Shown here piece by piece: positions 17,781-27,152 of a stretch of 32,340 nt of DNA. Below the pieces are notes generated by a model. That model was not told the origin of the DNA, did no database searches, and saw only the letters and a list, made by a program, of their open reading frames with translations. Position numbers and translations under genes: made by a program. Numbering within the stretch: position 1 is the stretch's first letter; each line of letters starts with the position of its first letter. This stretch comes from an uncultured Bacteroidales bacterium. GTDB lineage: Bacteria > Bacteroidota > Bacteroidia > Bacteroidales > CAZOSQ01. Where the stretch lies: assembly GCA_964582245.1 (NCBI GenBank), contig CAZOSQ010000001.1:1-32340 (forward strand), written 5' to 3'.

Positions 17781-18932
17781 ATGAGTAAAAGAGATTATTA
17801 CGAGATACTTGAGGTTTCAAAGAACGCAACGCAGGAAGAAATAAAAAAATCTTATCGAAAAAAGGCCATTCAATTTCACCCGGATAAAAATCCTGGAAAT
17901 ACGGAAGCCGAAGAAAAATTTAAGGAAGCTGCGGAGGCTTACGAAGTATTGAGCAATCCTGATAAAAGATCTCGCTATGATCAATTTGGACATGCAGGTG
18001 TTGGTGGAGCTGCCGGTGCTGGCGGGTTCGGTGGCGGTATGACCATGGAAGATATTTTCGAACATTTCGGGGATATTTTTGGTGGTGGCTTTGGTGGTTT
18101 CGGTGGCTTTGGTGGTGGCGGAAGAAGAAGGACAGTTAGCAAGGGAGCAAATTTGAGAGTGAAAGTGAAACTTTCTTATAAAGACATTGCCAACGGAGTT
18201 ACCAAGAAAATCAAGGTAAACAAATACGTGAGTTGCGATGTTTGTGGAGGGAATGGCGCCAAAAATGGTACTGAACTTAATACATGCCCTACTTGTAACG
18301 GTTCGGGCCAGGTGACCCGCGTAACACATACTTTCCTGGGGCACATGCAAACTACCAGTACATGTACTACCTGCGGTGGAGAAGGAAAAACAGTCAGCGA
18401 AAAATGTACAAATTGTTATGGAGAAGGTATCGTTAGATCAGATGAAGTCATAAATATAGATATACCTGCCGGTGTTGCAGAGGGAATGCAATTGCAATTG
18501 AATGGCAAAGGAAATGCTGCCAGGAGAGGTGGAATAAACGGGGATTTAATTATTGTCATCGAGGAAGAAGAACATCCCGAATTAATACGTGACGGTAATG
18601 ACCTTGTTTATCGATTGTATTTGTCCATTCCTCAAGCAACTTTGGGTGCACCTGTTGAAATCCCAACAATTAATGGGAAAGTGAAAATAAAAATAGACCC
18701 GGGAACGCAACCCGGGAAAATTTTAAGACTTCGGGGAAAAGGATTACCAGATGTTCATAACTATGGTAAAGGAGATTTGCTGGTTAATATTAATGTATGG
18801 ATACCTAAAAGTCTTACTCCTGAAGAAACTAAAATAATTTCCAAATTAGAAGATTCTGAAAATTTTGTACCTAATCCTGATAAGGCAGATAAAAATTTCT
18901 TTGACAAAATGAAAAGTTTTTTTGCTAGCTAA
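17781..18932 (+). CDS. dnaJ: Molecular chaperone DnaJ
   Basis: 383 aa. J domain [10 protein letters not shown]...FHPDKN, a G/F-rich stretch, and four CxxCxGxG zinc motifs ([32 protein letters not shown]). Confidence 0.96.
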   Translation: MSKRDYYEILEVSKNATQEEIKKSYRKKAIQFHPDKNPGNTEAEEKFKEAAEAYEVLSNPDKRSRYDQFGHAGVGGAAGAGGFGGGMTMEDIFEHFGDIFGGGFGGFGGFGGGGRRRTVSKGANLRVKVKLSYKDIANGVTKKIKVNKYVSCDVCGGNGAKNGTELNTCPTCNGSGQVTRVTHTFLGHMQTTSTCTTCGGEGKTVSEKCTNCYGEGIVRSDEVINIDIPAGVAEGMQLQLNGKGNAARRGGINGDLIIVIEEEEHPELIRDGNDLVYRLYLSIPQATLGAPVEIPTINGKVKIKIDPGTQPGKILRLRGKGLPDVHNYGKGDLLVNINVWIPKSLTPEETKIISKLEDSENFVPNPDKADKNFFDKMKSFFAS

Positions 18933-18944
18933 TAAAATAGCCGA

Positions 18945-19862
18945 ATGTATTTGTTTGAAGCCAAAGATATAAGTAAACATTTCGCAGGACACGTGGCCTT
19001 AGAAAATGTCAGCATTTCAGTGCCAAAAGGTTCTGTTTTTGGTTTATTGGGGCCAAATGGTGCTGGTAAAACTACCTTGCTAAGAATTGTTAACCAAATT
19101 ACCGGGCCGGATAAAGGGAAATTGATCTATAAAGATAAACCCATGGATCAAGAGCATCTTGTTAAAATAGGATACCTCCCCGAAGAGAGAGGGTTATATA
19201 AAAAGATGAAGGTAGGTGAACAGGCAATTTACCTTGCGCGTTTAAGAGGATTAAAGAAAAAGGATGCAATGGATAAGCTTACCTATTGGTTTGAAAAATT
19301 TGACCTGATGCCCTGGTGGAATAAAAAAGTGGAAGAATTATCCAAGGGAATGCAACAAAAAGTTCAATTTATTACAACTGTTTTGCATGAGCCCGAGCTA
19401 TTAATTTTTGACGAACCATTTTCAGGATTTGACCCTATTAATACCAACCTTCTTAAAAATGAAATTCTCAATTTGAAGCAAAATGGGGCAACCATTATAT
19501 TTTCCACTCATAACATGAATTCTGTAGAGGAACTGTGTGACCAAGTTACACTTCTTAACAGGTCAAAGGTGATTCTTGAAGGTTCTCTTCATGAACTAAG
19601 ACAAAAATACAAGGTAAATACTTATAGTGTAAAATTGCGTGCTGATTTTCCCGTTAATGACAAAGAAAATATTGAAGTATTGAGTAAAAAAGAAATGGGT
19701 GGATATATTAACCTAAGGGTTCAACTTAAAAATAAATTTACCGCTAACGAGTTTATTAAGATGATAATATCGAATAACTCGGAAATAATTTCCTTTGAAG
19801 AGGAAATTCCCGGAATGAATGATATATTTATCAAGGCAGTCGGTAATGAATTACAAGAATAA
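18945..19862 (+). CDS. ABC-2-type transporter ATP-binding subunit (NatA/YhaQ-like)
   Basis: 305 aa. Walker A GPNGAGKTT, signature LSKGMQQK, Walker B LLIFDEP, H-loop STHNM, and a ~80-aa C-terminal accessory region. Lies 12 nt after dnaJ. Confidence 0.9.
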   Translation: MYLFEAKDISKHFAGHVALENVSISVPKGSVFGLLGPNGAGKTTLLRIVNQITGPDKGKLIYKDKPMDQEHLVKIGYLPEERGLYKKMKVGEQAIYLARLRGLKKKDAMDKLTYWFEKFDLMPWWNKKVEELSKGMQQKVQFITTVLHEPELLIFDEPFSGFDPINTNLLKNEILNLKQNGATIIFSTHNMNSVEELCDQVTLLNRSKVILEGSLHELRQKYKVNTYSVKLRADFPVNDKENIEVLSKKEMGGYINLRVQLKNKFTANEFIKMIISNNSEIISFEEEIPGMNDIFIKAVGNELQE

Positions 19863-19945
19863 AGGGGTTACTTGACTATCTAATCTTTATTTTACCGGCG
19901 GAAATTAATGGAATATAATTCGAGATATAACCTAATAGTTTTTGA

Positions 19946-21274
19946 ATGTCTAAGATTTTATTGATCATAAAGAGAGAAATTCTTACTCGAATATTTAAGA
20001 AGTCATTTATATTGATGAGTTTTATAGGCCCATTGTTGATTGCGGGATTATTAACCCTCGTTCAATGGGCTTCCACGGTAGAAGATAAAGAAGTTAAAGT
20101 AATTGCCGTTGTTGATAGCTCGGGATTATTTCGAAACATTTTACCCGAATCAGAACTTGTGAAATTTGAATATCCCCCCGTGTCAAATGTTTCAGAACTA
20201 AGAAAGAATTTTTACCAGTCTCACTACAATGCTATTTTGTACATCCCCTCCAATATTGTTTATCAACCAAAGGTCTTGCTACAATCTGACGAATACCCCG
20301 GTTTATCCACTCAAATATACGTGAGAGATGCAATTGAAAAGCGCATGAAGGATATCAAATTGCTTAAAATGAATGTGCCTGCCAACCTGCTTCGTTCTGT
20401 TCAACCTGGGATAATAGTCCAACCCGCGGTTTTTAATAGGAGCGGTGATATTAAGCAAGGAATGGAACAGAAAAAGATGGTTGTTGGAATAGCTAGTTGT
20501 TTCGTGATGTATTTCTTTATTTTTATATTTGGAGTACAGGTTATGCGGGGAATATTTGAAGAAAAAAATAATCGAATAATTGAAGTAATAATCTCCACGG
20601 TAAAACCTTTTCAATTAATGATGGGTAAAATTGTTGGTGTTGGATTTGTTGGTCTACTTCAATTTATTATCAAGGTAGTATTGACAATTCTATTGCTTTT
20701 TATTATTAAGTCTTTATTTTTCCCGGAACTTACTTTGAATCCTACTGAAAAACTGCTGGTAAATGATCTTATGACAGGAAAAATGCAACAGGCAGAAATA
20801 GTGCAACAAGTAAATTCATCAGGGCTAAAGGATATTTTCACCTTCATTGAAGGGATAGATTTTACTATTTTAATAGGATCTTTCATCGTGTTTTTTATCT
20901 TGGGTTACCTTTTATATGCTTCATTATTTGCTGCAGTTGGAGCTTCCTTAGATCATGATACAGATACCCAGCAATTTGTCCTACCCATTACATTACCCCT
21001 GTTATTTTCTATTTTCCTGGTTTTTATTACTATCATGTCACCGGATCATCCTTTAAGTTTTTGGTTTTCCATATTCCCTCTTACTTCGCCCATTGTCATG
21101 ATGTCAAGGATCCCTTTTGGTGTCCCATACTGGCAGATTTGGGTGGCTATAGGTTTACTGGTAATTACTTTCATAGCTACTACATGGATGGCTGGAAAAA
21201 TTTATCGTACTGGCATTCTTATGTATGGTAAAAGGGTTTCATATCGAGAATTGTGGAAGTGGATTAGGTATTAG
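19946..21274 (+). CDS. ABC-2 family transporter permease (NatB/YhaP-like)
   Basis: 442 aa. An N-terminal TM helix, then a ~150-aa extracytoplasmic loop, then about five further hydrophobic helices. It is paired with the upstream ATPase. Confidence 0.8.
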   Translation: MSKILLIIKREILTRIFKKSFILMSFIGPLLIAGLLTLVQWASTVEDKEVKVIAVVDSSGLFRNILPESELVKFEYPPVSNVSELRKNFYQSHYNAILYIPSNIVYQPKVLLQSDEYPGLSTQIYVRDAIEKRMKDIKLLKMNVPANLLRSVQPGIIVQPAVFNRSGDIKQGMEQKKMVVGIASCFVMYFFIFIFGVQVMRGIFEEKNNRIIEVIISTVKPFQLMMGKIVGVGFVGLLQFIIKVVLTILLLFIIKSLFFPELTLNPTEKLLVNDLMTGKMQQAEIVQQVNSSGLKDIFTFIEGIDFTILIGSFIVFFILGYLLYASLFAAVGASLDHDTDTQQFVLPITLPLLFSIFLVFITIMSPDHPLSFWFSIFPLTSPIVMMSRIPFGVPYWQIWVAIGLLVITFIATTWMAGKIYRTGILMYGKRVSYRELWKWIRY

Positions 21275-21279
21275 ATTAG

Positions 21280-21301
21280 GGTATTATTGCTAAATAATAC
21301 C
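21280..21301 (+). terminator. Perfect 9-bp hairpin just after the permease stop; possible terminator
   Basis: GGTATTATT-gcta-AATAATACC. Only TT follows, so the U-tract is weak. Confidence 0.35.
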
Positions 21302-21669
21302 TTGGATGAGTATCCTAAAATCTTTTACCTTTATTTTTCGAGTTTTTCCATGGGTTCATGAACAAGGTTATTTTCCTCTTTAAGGGGATATTCCAATATA
21401 AAAATGATATTCCTTTATTCCGGATTTCAAGATTTAATAGCTTATTCTCGTAATTTTAGAAATGCTGTTTTAGAATCAAATGGAAATAGGATTTGTTAGG
21501 TGAAACAAAAAATCGAGTTTTTGTATAAATTGCAAAATCTCCTTTAACAGTAGGGAAACTGTTATTTGCCATATTGAATAATTAATTATTTTTTACTAGG
21601 AAAGAAAAATTTAATTGATTTTTTTAACTTTGAAATTAAAATTTAACGGCTTTTACATGGATTCGCCTT

Positions 21670-22221
21670 ATGGACAATGATTTGCCGGTATTTGACAAAA
21701 GAAACTTCGAACTGGTTTTCAGGAACCATTTCGTTTCATTATGTCAATTTGCCCTGAAATACGTGCATGATTTGGATACTGCCAAGGAGATTGTGCATGA
21801 TTGTTTTATCAATCTATGGGAAAAGCGCGAGACAATAGATACAAGCAAGCCCGTTAAATCATACCTTTCAACCTCTGTTTACAATCGTTGTTTAAATTAT
21901 ATTAGGGATAATAAGAAAATGGATCGCGATGAATCTCATTTTCAGAACCTAGATAATGGAGCGAGTGACCATGGAGATAAACTCATGGAAAAAGAGCTGG
22001 AGGAAAAAATAGAAAGGGTTATTGAAAGTTTGCCCGATGCTTGTAAAACTGTTTTTAAAATGAATAGGTTCGATGGGTTAAAATACTCTGAAATAGCAGG
22101 AAAATTGAATATATCAGTAAAAACAGTTGAATCGCATATGTCCAAGGCACTCAAGGTGCTCCGTGAAAATCTCTCGGATTATTTGACAATTATTATTGCT
22201 ATATTTTTTTTAAATGGATAA
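21670..22221 (+). CDS. ECF-type RNA polymerase sigma-70 factor
   Basis: 183 aa. Region 2 reads AKEIVHDCFINLWEKRE. Region 4 HTH reads LKYSEIAGKLNISVKTVESHMSKALKVLR. Followed by a FecR-type gene. Confidence 0.9.
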   Translation: MDNDLPVFDKRNFELVFRNHFVSLCQFALKYVHDLDTAKEIVHDCFINLWEKRETIDTSKPVKSYLSTSVYNRCLNYIRDNKKMDRDESHFQNLDNGASDHGDKLMEKELEEKIERVIESLPDACKTVFKMNRFDGLKYSEIAGKLNISVKTVESHMSKALKVLRENLSDYLTIIIAIFFLNG

Positions 22222-22288
22222 AAAAAAGATAAATAAGTTAAATATTGAACCAGGGAAAGATAAGAATCATGTGTATTATCAATGAGCC

Positions 22289-23296
22289 ATGAAAGAGGAT
22301 AAAGAACATATCGATATTGCTGTCATTGCCAAATATTTGGCAGGTGAGGCAAATGACCAGGAAATCCGGGAGGTTAACGAGTGGCGTGAAAATGATGATG
22401 GAAATGAAAAAGAGTTCCGGGAATTTTCCAGGGTATGGGATTTATCCATGAAAAAGCATTTGGCAGGGAAAATAGATATCGATGAGGAATGGTCTATGCT
22501 TGATAAAAAATTAATTGAAAAATCAAGCACTAGTTCTACCAAAATAAAATTCTTGGGCAAAATTACCCGGTTGGCTGCTGTATTTCTCATCGGCCTTTTC
22601 ACGGCTACTTTATTATACTTTCTTTTTCAACCATTTCAACAGAAAGTTGTAGCCGACAGTCATGTTAAGGAACTTTTGTTGCCAGATGGATCCCGGGTTT
22701 CATTAAACCTTGACACAAAATTAAAGTACCCAAAAAGTTTCGGGGAAAAAACAAGGGAAGTAAAATTGATTAATGGGGAAGCCTATTTCCAAGTAGAGGC
22801 TGATAAAGATAAACCTTTTAAAGTAGATGCGGGAAAAATCTTGGTAGAGGTTCTTGGTACTTCTTTTAATGTAAGTGCATTTGAAAATAATGATAAGTGT
22901 GAAATATCCGTGAATTCGGGTAAAGTTTTCGTCAAATCCAAAAAAGATGGAGATAAGAAGGTCATCTTGACCGCCGGGGAGAAAGCAGTTTATTTAAAGT
23001 CTACCGGTGAAATTAAAAAGATGGATGAAACCGATGTGAATTTTCTCTCATGGAAAACCAAGAGAATCAAGTTTAAAGATAAAAAACTGTCCCGGGTTGT
23101 TCAAAAACTTGAAGAAGTTTACCGGGAGGATATTATCATCTTGAATGAAGATTTAAATAATTGTCGATTGACCGCGACATTCGAGGGTCAATCCTTGAAG
23201 GAAGTTTTGAACGTGATTGAGGCAACTTTGGATATTTCCGTGGAAAGAAAGGATGCAAGTATTATTTTAAAAGGAGAGGGTTGCGCTGGGGAATGA
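22289..23296 (+). CDS. FecR-family transmembrane anti-sigma factor / signal transducer
   Basis: 335 aa. N-terminal IAKYLAGEANDQEIREVNEW, TM helix LAAVFLIGLFTATLLYFLF, FecR core LPDGSRVSLNLDTKLKY...GEAYFQV, and a C-terminal DUF4974-like part (LSRVVQKLEEVY). Confidence 0.88.
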   Translation: MKEDKEHIDIAVIAKYLAGEANDQEIREVNEWRENDDGNEKEFREFSRVWDLSMKKHLAGKIDIDEEWSMLDKKLIEKSSTSSTKIKFLGKITRLAAVFLIGLFTATLLYFLFQPFQQKVVADSHVKELLLPDGSRVSLNLDTKLKYPKSFGEKTREVKLINGEAYFQVEADKDKPFKVDAGKILVEVLGTSFNVSAFENNDKCEISVNSGKVFVKSKKDGDKKVILTAGEKAVYLKSTGEIKKMDETDVNFLSWKTKRIKFKDKKLSRVVQKLEEVYREDIIILNEDLNNCRLTATFEGQSLKEVLNVIEATLDISVERKDASIILKGEGCAGE

Positions 23297-23490
23297 GTAT
23301 AAAAGAAAGTTTTACAATATTCCAATTAACCACTAATCAATAACCATAAATTTTGATTTAAGAATTTCAATTTATCATTGAACAATTTCGTTTATTTATT
23401 CCCGGTTGACCAGGGAGTAACTTAAAAATGTTTTTTCCTATTATTAGGGTAATAAACATAATTAATGGTAGTAAATTGGGTACACGCTCC

Positions 23491-26142
23491 ATGAAAAAAA
23501 CACTCTTATTCATTTGTTTATCTTTTTTTACTGGATTTTTGCTCGTGGGGCAAGATAGGGTAAATCTAAATTCTAAGGTTACAGTTGATTTTAATGATAT
23601 GCCTTTGCATGAAGTGTTGAATGAAATTGGAGAAAAAGCGGGTCTTTTTTTTTCCTTAAATCCAGGGGATATTCCTCCAAGTGCTAAAATTTCATACAAG
23701 GCGAATAAGGTTCCTGTTAAGAAAATTCTTGAAGATTTGTTAATCCCATATAATTTATCTTTCACTATTGTTGAAAAACAAATTATTATAAAGCCGGTTG
23801 CTGGAAAAGAAGAAGATAAAAAGAAGGCGGAAATTCCCAACTATACAATCAGTGGTTATGTAAAAGATAAAAATGATGGTGAGATATTAATAGGAGCGAC
23901 TGTATTTGTTAAGGAAATAATGATGGGAACCATTACCAATGGTTATGGATTTTACTCTCTTACCCTTCCAAAAGGATCCTATAAACTGGAGTATTCATAT
24001 TTAGGCTACCAGGACATGTCAATGACATTCTCACTGGGTAAAGACAGCCATATTTCTGCAGAACTAGACCCTGGCGAAACGGTCTTGGAAGAAGTTATAG
24101 TTCGTTCTATTGAAAAAGAAGACTTGGTGGAAAAATTACAGATGAGTGAAGTTCACTTGGAACTGAAAACAGTCAATAATGTTCCTGGTTTATTAGGTGA
24201 AACAGATATCATCAAATCATTGCAATCTGTCCCGGGGATCAAATCATATGGAGATGGCTCAACTTCGTTTTTTGTTCGAGGGGGGAATCGAGATCAAAAT
24301 TTAGTGTTGATTGATGAAGCACCAGTTTATAACCCATCTCATTTATTAGGATTTTACTCATCCATTATACCCGATATGATTAAGGATATAAAAATTTATA
24401 AGGGTGATATACCAGTCCAATATGGTGGACGTCTTTCTTCCTTAATAGATATTAAAACCCGGGATGGAAACATGAAAAGGTTCAATATGACCGGGAGCAT
24501 AGGTCTTATTACCAATCGCTTTTCTATTGATGGCCCCATCAAGAAAGATAAAAGTTCCTATTTTCTTTCACTTAGGTCATCCCACCTGGGGTGGTTGTTA
24601 AGTAAAAGTACTGATATGGAGGTAGGGTTTTATGATTTTAATGCGAAAATAAATTATATTGGAAATAAAAATAACAGGTTTTACTTGTCTTTTTACTCCG
24701 GGAGGGACGAGTTTGGTGTTTTAGATTCTGAAAAAGATAGATTTAACATGGGGTGGGGTAATTTTACCGGGACTTTACGTTGGAATCATGTTTTTGGAGA
24801 CAAATTATTTTTGAATACCACATTGTATGGAAGTAGTTATGACTATTTCCTGCTCATGGCCGAGAGAAACGATGATAAAAATTACTGGAAATCCTCAATA
24901 GGAAATTTTAGCCTAAAGACAGATTTTACCTATTATATAAATCCTACCCATAAAATGGTTTTTGGTTATGCGTGGAAAGTTCACGGGTTTAACCCGGGTA
25001 ACCTTAATGAAAAATACGGTCAAAATTCCGGGATCAATATTTACGTACCAATACAACAAGCGATAGAAAAAGTCCTATATTTGAGCAACGAAAGTAAAAT
25101 CAACAAACGATTTTCCATTCGCTACGGGTTGCGTTTTCCCAGGTGGCAGAACATAGGCCCAACGAGGGTTTACTTGTTTGATGAAGAACATAACCTAGAT
25201 CAATCCTACACGGTGGAAAAAGATGTCACATATAATAAGTACGCTAACCTGGAACCAAAGGTAAGCACTAAATACACGTTGGATAAAAGTTCATCGCTTA
25301 AAGGTAGTGTCAGCAGGAATATTCAACACGTGCACCTTGTTTCCAATTCTATCAGTCCTTTTACTACCCCCGAGGTATGGTTGCCAAGTGGACCCAATAT
25401 CAAACCCGGCAAAGCAACAATTTTTGCATTGGGGTATGTAAAGAATTTTAATTCTGCCGGTTTTGAATTGACAATAGAATCTTTTTACAAAAAATTAAAG
25501 AATCAAATCGGGTACGAATACCAGGCTAAAATGTTGTTTAACCCCTTATTGGAAGGAGAGTTGAGGTATGGAGAGGGACGAGCTTACGGGGTTGAATTCC
25601 TCGTGAAGAAGGAAACTGGAAAACTCGATGGATGGATAGGATACACCTACTCGAGGTCGTTCAAGCGGATTGAGGGGATAAATTTTGGAAGGGAATACCC
25701 TGCTTATTATGATAGGCCACACGATTTATCATTATACTTATCCTATAAACCCACCTCACGTTGGCAACTCTCGGCGAACTGGGTGTATGCAACCGGGGCA
25801 GCCTTTTCAAGCCCTACTGGTTTTTATTACTACCAGGGAAGGACAGTGCCCATATATGGCGAGAAAAATAATGATAGGCTCCCAGATTACCATAGGTTGG
25901 ACATGGCAGCTAAACTACAATTGAATAAAAAAGAAAAAAGATTTTCCCATAGCTTAAGTTTTGGGCTTTTTAACGTGTATGGACATAAAAATCCTTTCAA
26001 AATAAATTTTAATAAAATTCAAGATGAGAATGGTCAAATTGTAGTTCCATCAAATTTTTATAACTACCCAAAGGTGATAAATACCTCGATATCTTTGCTC
26101 GGGACTATTCCATCAATTACTTACGTGTTTAAAATAGAATAA
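23491..26142 (+). CDS. TonB-dependent receptor with N-terminal STN signalling domain and CarboxypepD_reg-like domain
   Basis: I moved the start to MKKTLLFICLSFFTGFLLVG (signal peptide) at 23491. STN-like segment VTVDFNDMPLHEVLNEIGEKAGLFFS...FTIVEKQIIIKP. ISGYVKDKNDGEILIGATVFV...GFYSLTLPKGSYKLEYSYLGY is CarboxypepD_reg-like. Plug motif DIIKSLQSVPGI...FFVRGG. A long beta-barrel region follows. Confidence 0.9.
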   Translation: MKKTLLFICLSFFTGFLLVGQDRVNLNSKVTVDFNDMPLHEVLNEIGEKAGLFFSLNPGDIPPSAKISYKANKVPVKKILEDLLIPYNLSFTIVEKQIIIKPVAGKEEDKKKAEIPNYTISGYVKDKNDGEILIGATVFVKEIMMGTITNGYGFYSLTLPKGSYKLEYSYLGYQDMSMTFSLGKDSHISAELDPGETVLEEVIVRSIEKEDLVEKLQMSEVHLELKTVNNVPGLLGETDIIKSLQSVPGIKSYGDGSTSFFVRGGNRDQNLVLIDEAPVYNPSHLLGFYSSIIPDMIKDIKIYKGDIPVQYGGRLSSLIDIKTRDGNMKRFNMTGSIGLITNRFSIDGPIKKDKSSYFLSLRSSHLGWLLSKSTDMEVGFYDFNAKINYIGNKNNRFYLSFYSGRDEFGVLDSEKDRFNMGWGNFTGTLRWNHVFGDKLFLNTTLYGSSYDYFLLMAERNDDKNYWKSSIGNFSLKTDFTYYINPTHKMVFGYAWKVHGFNPGNLNEKYGQNSGINIYVPIQQAIEKVLYLSNESKINKRFSIRYGLRFPRWQNIGPTRVYLFDEEHNLDQSYTVEKDVTYNKYANLEPKVSTKYTLDKSSSLKGSVSRNIQHVHLVSNSISPFTTPEVWLPSGPNIKPGKATIFALGYVKNFNSAGFELTIESFYKKLKNQIGYEYQAKMLFNPLLEGELRYGEGRAYGVEFLVKKETGKLDGWIGYTYSRSFKRIEGINFGREYPAYYDRPHDLSLYLSYKPTSRWQLSANWVYATGAAFSSPTGFYYYQGRTVPIYGEKNNDRLPDYHRLDMAAKLQLNKKEKRFSHSLSFGLFNVYGHKNPFKINFNKIQDENGQIVVPSNFYNYPKVINTSISLLGTIPSITYVFKIE

Positions 26143-26144
26143 AC

Positions 26145-27017
26145 ATGAAGATTAATCATATATCCACCATGGGAAGAAAAAGGATCACCGGGTTGTTAAA
26201 AATTACCCTTTTGCTGGTTATATCCTGGATGATTTGGTCATGTGAAAAACAAGTGGATTGGCCAATAAAACATGAACCAGTAAAAACCTTGGTGGTAGAT
26301 GCCTTAATAACCAATGAGAAAAAAGCCCATTCCGTTGTTTTATCTAGCATCGTGGAAGATCAATCAACCAAGCCGGGAATGGTATCAGGTGCGGAAGTTT
26401 CCATAAATGATGGTGATACCTTGGTATATTTAAAAGAAGATGAAAACAATGACGGAATTTATTTAACAGATTCCGCATTTAGGGGGGTAATAGGCAAAAC
26501 ATATACCTTGCGGGTTGTTTATAATTATAATACATACTTGGCAAAGGCAGAAATGAAACCGGTAACTCCATTTCAGAGATTAAAAGTAGCCAAGGATAAT
26601 AACGATAGTCTCTATTACGTGGCCCATGTTGTCAACCAGTTTGAACATGAGAACCCGGCAATGTATCATATCCACCTGGATTGGTCAGGTGTACCGGGAT
26701 ATGAAAAATTGGACAAAGATAGCTGCATTGCCTTGCTTTATTACTATGCATTGCCCTCGGTGGATGTGAGTCAAATATTTTCTCCCACGAAAGAAATTGT
26801 TTATTTTCCCGCGGGTACCAAGGTAACAGAAAAAAAGTTCTCGCTATCAGAAGAACATGCCGAATTTCTTCGAAGCTTGCTCGCGGAAACCGAATGGCGC
26901 GGTGGTTTTTTTGATACCGAATATGCCAACGTGAAATCAAATATTTCCAATGGAGGAATGGGATTTTTCGCGGCATGCACGGTAATTTCCGATACTTTTC
27001 AAGTAAGTGAAAAGTGA
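26145..27017 (+). CDS. Lipoprotein, probably DUF4249 family (usual partner of this receptor class)
   Basis: 290 aa. Lipobox-like LLLVISWMIWSC. LVVDALITNEKKAHSVVLS resembles the DUF4249 opening strand as I recall it. Lies 2 nt after the receptor stop. An alternative start exists at 26169 (MGRKR). Confidence 0.6.
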   Translation: MKINHISTMGRKRITGLLKITLLLVISWMIWSCEKQVDWPIKHEPVKTLVVDALITNEKKAHSVVLSSIVEDQSTKPGMVSGAEVSINDGDTLVYLKEDENNDGIYLTDSAFRGVIGKTYTLRVVYNYNTYLAKAEMKPVTPFQRLKVAKDNNDSLYYVAHVVNQFEHENPAMYHIHLDWSGVPGYEKLDKDSCIALLYYYALPSVDVSQIFSPTKEIVYFPAGTKVTEKKFSLSEEHAEFLRSLLAETEWRGGFFDTEYANVKSNISNGGMGFFAACTVISDTFQVSEK

Positions 27018-27152
27018 AAATACCAGGGAAAAAATAAAAAGTTAGCAGCAAAAACTCGGGCTTGGTATATTTCGGGTAAAAATGTGCCACAATACTTGGT
27101 TAGAAGCAGTATTTACCCTCCATGTACATGTGGCGCCTAGCTTATTATTCAT

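Noticed and set aside
17817-18350. 177-aa minus-strand ORF antisense to dnaJ. Similar long antisense ORFs occur at 15611-16009 (in murA), 23367-23840 (in the TonB receptor), 26632-27090 (in the DUF4249 gene), 770-1174 (in rpoA) and 22279-22602 (in fecR).
   Set aside because: Each lies entirely inside a strongly supported CDS on the opposite strand. Each has low-complexity or hydrophobic composition typical of shadow frames and no recognisable motifs.
21306-21383. 25-codon hydrophobic ORF (MSILKSFTFIFRVFPWVHEQGYFPL) in the spacer before the ECF sigma gene. There is also a 23-codon basic ORF at 5311-5382.
   Set aside because: Short ORFs of this size are expected by chance. No independent support from conservation or start context is available from the sequence alone.
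23428-23490. Upstream ATG (MFFPIIRVINIINGSKLGTRS...) as the start of the TonB-dependent receptor
   Set aside because: The 21 extra residues precede a textbook signal peptide beginning at the ATG at 23491 (MKKTLLFICLSFF). The downstream start is more plausible.
27121-27130. Perfect 10-bp palindrome CATGTACATG in the convergent gap between the DUF4249 gene and glgB
   Set aside because: It is a short, single occurrence with no adjacent U-tract or partner repeat. It is compatible with chance or a restriction-type site, with no functional inference possible.
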